Assembly: GCA_965207785.1 (NCBI GenBank)
Contig: CBDBNO010000010.1
Span: 202,108 to 266,107, forward strand
From: Alphaproteobacteria bacterium
Lineage (GTDB): Bacteria > Pseudomonadota > Alphaproteobacteria > SP197
Length of the DNA stretch: 64,000 bases
Reading direction: 5' to 3'
Positions within the stretch are counted from its first letter, which is position 1. The number at the start of each line of letters is the position of its first letter. The notes below the pieces were generated by a model, which was not told the origin of the DNA, searched no databases, and saw only the letters and a list, made by a program, of their open reading frames with translations. Shown here piece after piece: positions 58,429 through 64,000 of this stretch. Position numbers and translations under genes: made by a program.

Positions 58429-59493
58429 GTGATGACGTTCTGGGTGAAGGGTTCGTCAGGTCTGTCGATCGTCGACCGTTCGCTTGAATCGCCGCTGGAT
58501 GCCCAGGACGGCTACCTGACCGCCAACGAGCGCTTCTTTGTCTGCAACAGCGGCACCACGACGATCGTCGATGCCCAAAGGCACATGGTTCATGTTCACG
58601 GCGACGGCGTGGAGAATGAGCTCAAGCTGTCGATCGCCGACCTCGAAACCATGCCGCAACGCAGCGTGCCGGCGGTGCTGGAGTGTGCGGGGAACCATCG
58701 CTTCCTGTTTCGGGAGGTCGCGGGCGAGACGCTCGACAGGCGCCCGCAGGTGACAGAGTTGATGTGGGGCCTCGGGGCCGTCGGCATGGCACGATGGCGC
58801 GGCGTTCCGTTGCGCCATGTCCTCGGACTGGCTCGTCTTGACCAGGAAGCCGTTCACGTCTGTCCCAGAGGCGCGGAGACCGATTCTCGTGAAGGAGAGA
58901 TCAGGATTCCCATGCCGATGTCCAAGGCCATGGATCCCGACACGATCCTGGCACTCGAGATGAACGGCCAGCCCTTGCCTCCTGACCATGGCTTCCCGGT
59001 CAGGGTGATCGTGCCGGGGTGGATTGGTGCGTACAGCGTCAAGTGGGTTCGCGACATCGAGGTCTCGCGCAGCTATCTCAAGGTGATGCGGAACACCGAA
59101 TTCTATGTGCTGCGAGGCAACGACTGGCCGGCCGGAGGAATACCGATTACCGAACTCAACCTGAAGAGCAGCCTCGCGCTGCGGTGGCCGGCGCGACTGG
59201 TGGCGGGCGATCACATCCTCCACGGGTATGCCCGAGGTTCGACAGCACCGATCGACAGCGTTCACTGGAGTGACGACGGAGGTTCAAGCTGGCAGGATGC
59301 GAAACTGACCGGTCCGGACGAACCATATGGTTGGGTGCGCTTTCAGTTTCGTTGGCGCGCCGCTGCGGGCCAATACACCCTTATGACGAGAGCCACGGAT
59401 CGCAACGGAAGGACCCAGCCCGAGAGGGTTCCGTTCAACAATGGCGGGTATCTGTTCAATGCGGTCCATCCGCATCCCGTCACCGTCGTGTGA
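58429..59493 (+). CDS. Sulfite-oxidase-family molybdopterin oxidoreductase
   Basis: Moco-binding Cys in VLECAGNHR. C-terminal dimerisation-like region. 354 aa. Confidence 0.75.
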   Translation: MMTFWVKGSSGLSIVDRSLESPLDAQDGYLTANERFFVCNSGTTTIVDAQRHMVHVHGDGVENELKLSIADLETMPQRSVPAVLECAGNHRFLFREVAGETLDRRPQVTELMWGLGAVGMARWRGVPLRHVLGLARLDQEAVHVCPRGAETDSREGEIRIPMPMSKAMDPDTILALEMNGQPLPPDHGFPVRVIVPGWIGAYSVKWVRDIEVSRSYLKVMRNTEFYVLRGNDWPAGGIPITELNLKSSLALRWPARLVAGDHILHGYARGSTAPIDSVHWSDDGGSSWQDAKLTGPDEPYGWVRFQFRWRAAAGQYTLMTRATDRNGRTQPERVPFNNGGYLFNAVHPHPVTVV

Positions 59494-59526
59494 GCAATCG
59501 GCACCAGGCGAACAGAGGGACGCTCC

Positions 59527-60621
59527 ATGAAAATCACGCGGATCAGCGTCCATCAGGTGGATGTTCCCATCAAGCCCGCGACCATCTCTCACAACCGGGT
59601 GATGTCGGTGTTCGACGAGACAATCGTGCGCATCGAGACGGATGCCGGCATCGACGGCTGGGGCGACAGCGTGCCGTGGGGTTCGAACTTCGTTGCCGCC
59701 TTCGCCCGCGGCGTGCGTGCCGGTCTCGACGAGCTCGGCCCGCTGCTCATCGGCCGCGACCCGAGAATGGTGGCGGCGATCGGAGAACTGATGGACTCGG
59801 CGATGACAGGCCAAGCTTATGTGAAGACGGCGCTGGACGTCGCGTGCTGGGACATCTTGGGACGATCGCTCGACACGCCGCTCTACATGCTGCTGGGGGG
59901 CATGGTGACGCCGCGGCCGGAAGTGGTTGGCTCGGTACCGCCACGGCCGGGCGAGGAACTCGAGGCGGTGATGGCCGCGTTGCGGGCGGACGGCATTGCG
60001 CAGTTCTCGGGCAAGACCAGTGGGGACGTGGCCGAAGACATCGCCTATCTGCGATGGATGGGTGAACGCATGCACCCCGGCGAGTCTCTGAAGTACGACG
60101 GCAACGGCGGATGGCGCGTCGACGAGGCGATCCGCGTCGCCAGGGCCATGGGCGACATCGACGTCTATTTCGAGCAGCCCTGCGCGACCTACGAGGAGTG
60201 CCGCGACGTGCGCCGCACGACAGGAGTTCCGCTCATCCTGGATGAATCGGCGACGAACATCGGCGTCGTCCTGCGCGCGAAGGAGGACGGCGTTCTTGAC
60301 GGGCTGAACGTCAAGCTTGCGAGTGCCGGCGGCATCTCGAAGATGCGCCTCATCCGTGACCTCTGCGTCGCGCTCAATGTTCCGATGGAAATCCAGGACT
60401 CATCCTACAGCGACCTTGCCTGCGCGGTGGTGGCCCATATGGGCCACTCGACGCCGGAACGCTGCATCCGCTCGGTCATCTATCCGAAGGGCCTGGAGAA
60501 AGCGACGGTGACGAACCCTCCGCGTATCGTGGGTGGACGGATGACCGCGCCCGACGGGCCGGGTATCGGCGCAATTCCCATGCCGGACGTCATTGGAGAT
60601 CCGATCTCCGTCTACGAATGA
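59527..60621 (+). CDS. Enolase-superfamily enzyme (MR/MLE family), distant paralogue of 56970..58073
   Basis: 364 aa. MR_MLE N- and C-domains (FSGKTSGD...YDGNGGW...FEQPC...ILDESATN). Ends ...GDPISVYE. Confidence 0.85.
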   Translation: MKITRISVHQVDVPIKPATISHNRVMSVFDETIVRIETDAGIDGWGDSVPWGSNFVAAFARGVRAGLDELGPLLIGRDPRMVAAIGELMDSAMTGQAYVKTALDVACWDILGRSLDTPLYMLLGGMVTPRPEVVGSVPPRPGEELEAVMAALRADGIAQFSGKTSGDVAEDIAYLRWMGERMHPGESLKYDGNGGWRVDEAIRVARAMGDIDVYFEQPCATYEECRDVRRTTGVPLILDESATNIGVVLRAKEDGVLDGLNVKLASAGGISKMRLIRDLCVALNVPMEIQDSSYSDLACAVVAHMGHSTPERCIRSVIYPKGLEKATVTNPPRIVGGRMTAPDGPGIGAIPMPDVIGDPISVYE

Positions 60622-61160
60622 CGGAATCGCTCCGGGGGAATGAACGGCATCCATGGCGCGCGAGCGTGCGGTCAGCGAACTTATGCGGGTCGGGCGTCGA
60701 GATCATTCCCGGTTCCCGCCCCGTTCGGCGCGGATTCCAGTACGTCGCCCGCCAGCAACCAGTCATCGTCAACGGTGCGGATGCGTTGTTTTCCCGCCAA
60801 GTCCCGGCGCGACTCTCGTGATGGACTTAGGCGAAGCACCGGCAGTCATGTGCCTCGCGCTGATCGCCCAACCGTTTGAAGTGCGGAATGCGGGCGCCGG
60901 GCAACAGTTCATTGCATGTCCGTCCCTCGACGTTCGACACGTCACCGACAAGCAGGGCAACGACGCCGGAAAGACACCGCCATCATCTGCGCACCCCTTG
61001 CCGTGAGTCGCGAGGGCCGCCCGGGTCGGGAACTGCTTGAATGGCCGGAACAGGGTCGCGAAGGCGGCCGTTTCGGTTATGGACGAACCACGACGTGTTC
61101 GAATGGCGAAACGCCGCGGGCGGCGTGTTCAACCGCGGCGCCGACATCGTCGAGGCCGTA
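60593..61160. repeat. Repeat copy A (about 80-85% identical to 63645..end): last 10 codons of the enolase gene + intergenic region + 3' end of the convergent MDR gene
   Basis: Begins at the 15-bp perfect palindrome GGAGATC-C-GATCTCC (60595-60609). Aligned by eye to 63645-64000. Confidence 0.65.
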
Positions 61161-62096
61161 GGCGTGAACCTGGAACCGGTCGACGGGCAGGCGGCCTTCG
61201 GCGATCATGCGGACGAGCGATGCGGGCGCGTCTCTCGCAAACCACAACGATCCCCTGAATGCCAGTTCCCTGGTCACGAAATCCGACGTCGGCACGGTCG
61301 GATTGACCGACGCCACCGAGATCATGGAACCTCCCCTGTTCAGGACGGCGGCAGCCTGGTTGATCCACGCCGGATCGTCCGTGTCGACGGTGTTCAGGAC
61401 CATGTCAATGCCGTCGGGAATCTCCGTCGACGTCTCGACCCGGTCGTCCAGTCCGTCAAACGCGGCCAACCGCTCCGGCGACCTGCCGACGGCACACACG
61501 CGCCCGGCGCCCATGGCCAGAGCAACGACGACGGCACTGACACCGACCAGTCCCGTCGCGCCATAGACGGCGACGCTGGAGCCCGTCCGGAGACCCCCGT
61601 GCACGAACCCCCCGTGGGCCGTTCCCATCCATCCGAGCCGGCACAGCACGTCGGCCGAGGTCACGGACAATGCCGGTTCGACGGCAGTCAGGCACTCGGC
61701 CGGCAACACGATATGCGTCGCCAGGGCGCCGTCGCGCCAACGCTTCAGAATCTCTTCAGCCCCACCCGAAATGTCGAAACATCCTGCGAAGGCGTATTCG
61801 GTGCGGCCTGTCGGTGACGTTGCCTCGATGTAGCTGTCGCAGAACACGCGGTCACCGACGGCAACGCTTGTGACCCCGCCGCCGACCGCGACGATCGTTC
61901 CGGCACAGTCCATTCCCGGCGTGAACGGCCGGCGCGGCGTGACGAAACCGCTGTTACCGGCGATCAGCGTCCCCATGTAGGGGGACATGAAGACCGCCTC
62001 GACCGCGACGACCGCGCAGCCTTCCGGCGCACTTGGATCATCCAGGACTTCAACGACCAGGGATTCAGCATTGTCGTAGAGCCGCGCAGCGCGCAT
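61077..62096 (-). CDS. Zinc-type medium-chain dehydrogenase/reductase (MDR, alcohol dehydrogenase-like)
   Basis: GroES-like and Rossmann regions (VAVYGATGLVGVSAV). The start is set at MRAARLYDN. Confidence 0.8.
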   Translation of the reverse strand: MRAARLYDNAESLVVEVLDDPSAPEGCAVVAVEAVFMSPYMGTLIAGNSGFVTPRRPFTPGMDCAGTIVAVGGGVTSVAVGDRVFCDSYIEATSPTGRTEYAFAGCFDISGGAEEILKRWRDGALATHIVLPAECLTAVEPALSVTSADVLCRLGWMGTAHGGFVHGGLRTGSSVAVYGATGLVGVSAVVVALAMGAGRVCAVGRSPERLAAFDGLDDRVETSTEIPDGIDMVLNTVDTDDPAWINQAAAVLNRGGSMISVASVNPTVPTSDFVTRELAFRGSLWFARDAPASLVRMIAEGRLPVDRFQVHAYGLDDVGAAVEHAARGVSPFEHVVVRP

Positions 62097-62154
62097 GGCG
62101 TTCACCTCCAATCGGTCCGGGCAACTTATCTCAATTGAGCATCCCAGAAAGAGA

Positions 62155-62556
62155 CAAATGTCCTCATCCAGTGCAAGCGTGCTGATCGCCGATTGGCGTG
62201 GAAACCTGGAAGGAACGGGCGTCGCCGAATCGCAGGCACGGAACCGCTGTCATGTCAGGCTTGCTCATGCCGGCTCCGGGCTTGGCACTTGTCTGCGGGA
62301 CCATGTGCTGTTGGACGAGGCCGGTCGCTCGGTTGGGCTTGGTGTCACGGCGATTTCGCTGTCGCACCTGGTGGGCGTGGAAGAAGATACCGTCCACCTT
62401 CAGCACACGACCAACTGCGAACCGGTCATCATTGAATGTGCTGACACGGCGGTGGCCAGCCTGGACAGCACACCGGAACCGGAGCTTGAATGGCGGGAAG
62501 GACCGGTCAACTTTCCTGGCGACTGCCGAGCACCACGAACGACAGAAGAACTGTAA
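62155..62556 (+). CDS. Hypothetical protein
   Basis: About 130-aa ORF from MSSSSASV in the gap between convergent/divergent genes. No motif, and the weak coding signal may be spurious. Confidence 0.25.
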   Translation, partial: QMSSSSASVLIADWRGNLEGTGVAESQARNRCHVRLAHAGSGLGTCLRDHVLLDEAGRSVGLGVTAISLSHLVGVEEDTVHLQHTTNCEPVIIECADTAVASLDSTPEPELEWREGPVNFPGDCRAPRTTEEL

Positions 62557-62630
62557 GGGAAGGGTTTGAGGCTGCAGTCGCTCTCTGATCCACACTTGTC
62601 AATGGGACACAGTTCGACAGGAGTCGTCAC

Positions 62631-63443
62631 ATGACAGGACAATCGCATGCGACCAACAAGTTGCCCCGCTTCGACTATCACGTCGGGTTTGTATCCGCCC
62701 CCGGTGGATTTGACTGTTCGCCGCAGGAGTTCCTCAGGGTTGCCCCTCAGCGCACCGGCGTGATTCAGCGTGTCCTGTCGATTCAGGGTTATGATCAGAC
62801 CCTCCCGATCGAAGGCAGAGCCAGGAGTTTTCATCTTATCGAAGAAGCTGTGATGGCACTCGGGTTCTCGCGATGCCAGGTCGTCGGGCAGGTCGGATCC
62901 AATTGGGTCCACTGTACCGGTACGACACCGGGCCAGATTGAGGAGTTGTGCGACGATCTGGGCGAGAGAGCCAACTTGACCTTCCTGATGGCTGGTCACT
63001 GCATCGTCATGGCGTTGCGTGACATGGGTGCCAGAAAGATCACGGTTTCCAACGGCTACTACCGACCCGATTGGGCCTTTGGCATAAACCGATACCTGGA
63101 ACAGGCCGGGTTCGACATTTGCTATCAAGGCAACCTGATTGATCAGGGAATCTACCCCGACATTGACGCCCTGGCTGAATCGGAAAGGGCTACTTTCTGG
63201 GATTATCCGGTTTCCGACGCGACAAGATCGCTTCTGGCGGCGCACCGTGCAGCACCCGCGGCCGATGCCATTGTGGTGACAGGCGGTGGCGTTCGCACGC
63301 TTGACTGCATCGACGCCATTGAAACGATGACAGGCAAACCCGTTGTCGCGTCAGACGTCTCGCTGTACTGGGCAATGCTGAGGGCGCTCGGCGCCAAACC
63401 GCCGGGGCGAGATTTTGGATCCCTGATACGGTCATTGAGTTAG
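62631..63443 (+). CDS. Asp/Glu/hydantoin racemase-family protein (arylmalonate decarboxylase/maleate isomerase-like)
   Basis: 270 aa with two Cys-containing half-site regions typical of the family (GTTPGQIEELCDD...VVTGGGVRTLDCI). Confidence 0.7.
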   Translation: MTGQSHATNKLPRFDYHVGFVSAPGGFDCSPQEFLRVAPQRTGVIQRVLSIQGYDQTLPIEGRARSFHLIEEAVMALGFSRCQVVGQVGSNWVHCTGTTPGQIEELCDDLGERANLTFLMAGHCIVMALRDMGARKITVSNGYYRPDWAFGINRYLEQAGFDICYQGNLIDQGIYPDIDALAESERATFWDYPVSDATRSLLAAHRAAPAADAIVVTGGGVRTLDCIDAIETMTGKPVVASDVSLYWAMLRALGAKPPGRDFGSLIRSLS

Positions 63444-63644
63444 TGCATGCCGCCCAGCCGGGGATCTTCCATGGCCTGGTCAACAAGGTACGCCAGAAGA
63501 TCCTGAGTCATGCCAGCGTGACCCTTGCTACCTCCTCAGCCTGTTCCTGCAGAATGTCCGCGTCGTCCTCCAGGTTCACCATATCGAGAATGCGTCCGAC
63601 CCGACGGAGATCGCGCAGCACCGTCTCCACCCTGGCAATGCACT

Positions 63645-64000
63645 TTGGAGATCCGATCTCCGTCTACGAATGACGGAATCGCTCCCAAGGGAACGAACGC
63701 CCTCCATGGTGCGCGAACGTGCGGTCAGCGAACGTCACGAGATCTTCCCCAACACCCGCCTGTTCGACACGTCACTGACAATCAGGGACATCGCGCTGGA
63801 GAGATACCGCCTTCCCCTGCTCACCCCGTGCCGCGCGCGAAGGCCGCCCGGCTCCCGAATCGCTTGCCGTGGAGGTCGAATGGCCGGAACGAGGTCGCAA
63901 GAGCGGCCGTTTCGCTCACGGCCTGACCGCGACGTGCTCGAAAGGCGAAACGCCGCGGGCGGCGTGATCAATCGCGGCGCCGACATCGTCGAGGCCGTAG
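63645..64000. repeat. Repeat copy B (see 60593..61160); contains an orphan 10-codon enolase 3' end (GDPISVYE stop) with no upstream enolase gene
   Basis: ttggagatccgatctccgtctacgaatgacggaatcgctcc matches copy A. It continues to the window end with patchy identity. Confidence 0.65.
63917..64000 (-). CDS. MDR-family dehydrogenase paralogue, C-terminal end only (gene continues beyond window)
   Basis: Minus-strand reading ...EHVAVRP-stop aligns to the ...EHVVVRP-stop of the MDR at 61077. Confidence 0.5.

Overview
This is a high-GC (about 65%) proteobacterial chromosomal window, most likely alphaproteobacterial, that mixes core genes with several accessory insertions. The core genes are a partial sbcB, a proVW-type betaine ABC transporter, secA, a parvulin-type peptidyl-prolyl isomerase, argJ, msrB and a tRNA-Ser(CGA).

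The most notable locus is at 1.4-5.0 kb: a four-gene ubiquitin-like conjugation operon (multi-ubiquitin Ubl, E2-like, JAB/JAMM peptidase, ThiF-type E1) of the Bil / '6E' antiphage architecture. It is divergently paired with an XRE-HTH repressor and an ImmA/IrrE (CapH/CapP-like) peptidase, has lower GC3 than its neighbours, and sits between sbcB and proW. The E2-like protein has no cysteine at all and the Ubl ends in a single Gly.

Other accessory signals:
- A roughly 3.2-kb large-serine-recombinase element with two unknown small ORFs splits an SDR gene into N- and C-terminal halves (38.0-42.0 kb).
- A 770-bp displaced duplicate of the 3' end of an enolase-superfamily gene (with a nonsense mutation) flanks a decayed phage-type integrase N-terminus. 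This looks like the fossil of a gene-3'-end-targeting integrative element.
- A second 0.4-0.56-kb repeat begins exactly at a 7-1-7 palindrome at the 3' end of an enolase-family gene.
- A low-GC islet encodes two secreted Cys/Trp-rich proteins beside a surface lipoprotein that fuses a metzincin (HExxHxxGxxH) protease to a TbpB-like C-terminal barrel.
- An orphan AbiEi-like regulator and two further SDR gene fragments are present.

The rest of the window (24-64 kb) is a mosaic of CoA-dependent and betaine/carnitine-type catabolic genes. These include acyl-CoA dehydrogenases, a crotonase, a carnitine-dehydrogenase/thioesterase fusion, a sulfatase, a biotin carboxylase/BCCP/carboxyltransferase set, a TMADH-family flavoprotein, a Tat-exported solute-binding protein, a CoA ligase, HpbD-like enolases, a sulfite-oxidase-like enzyme, MDR dehydrogenases and an Asp/Glu racemase. 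No CRISPR array or rRNA was seen.
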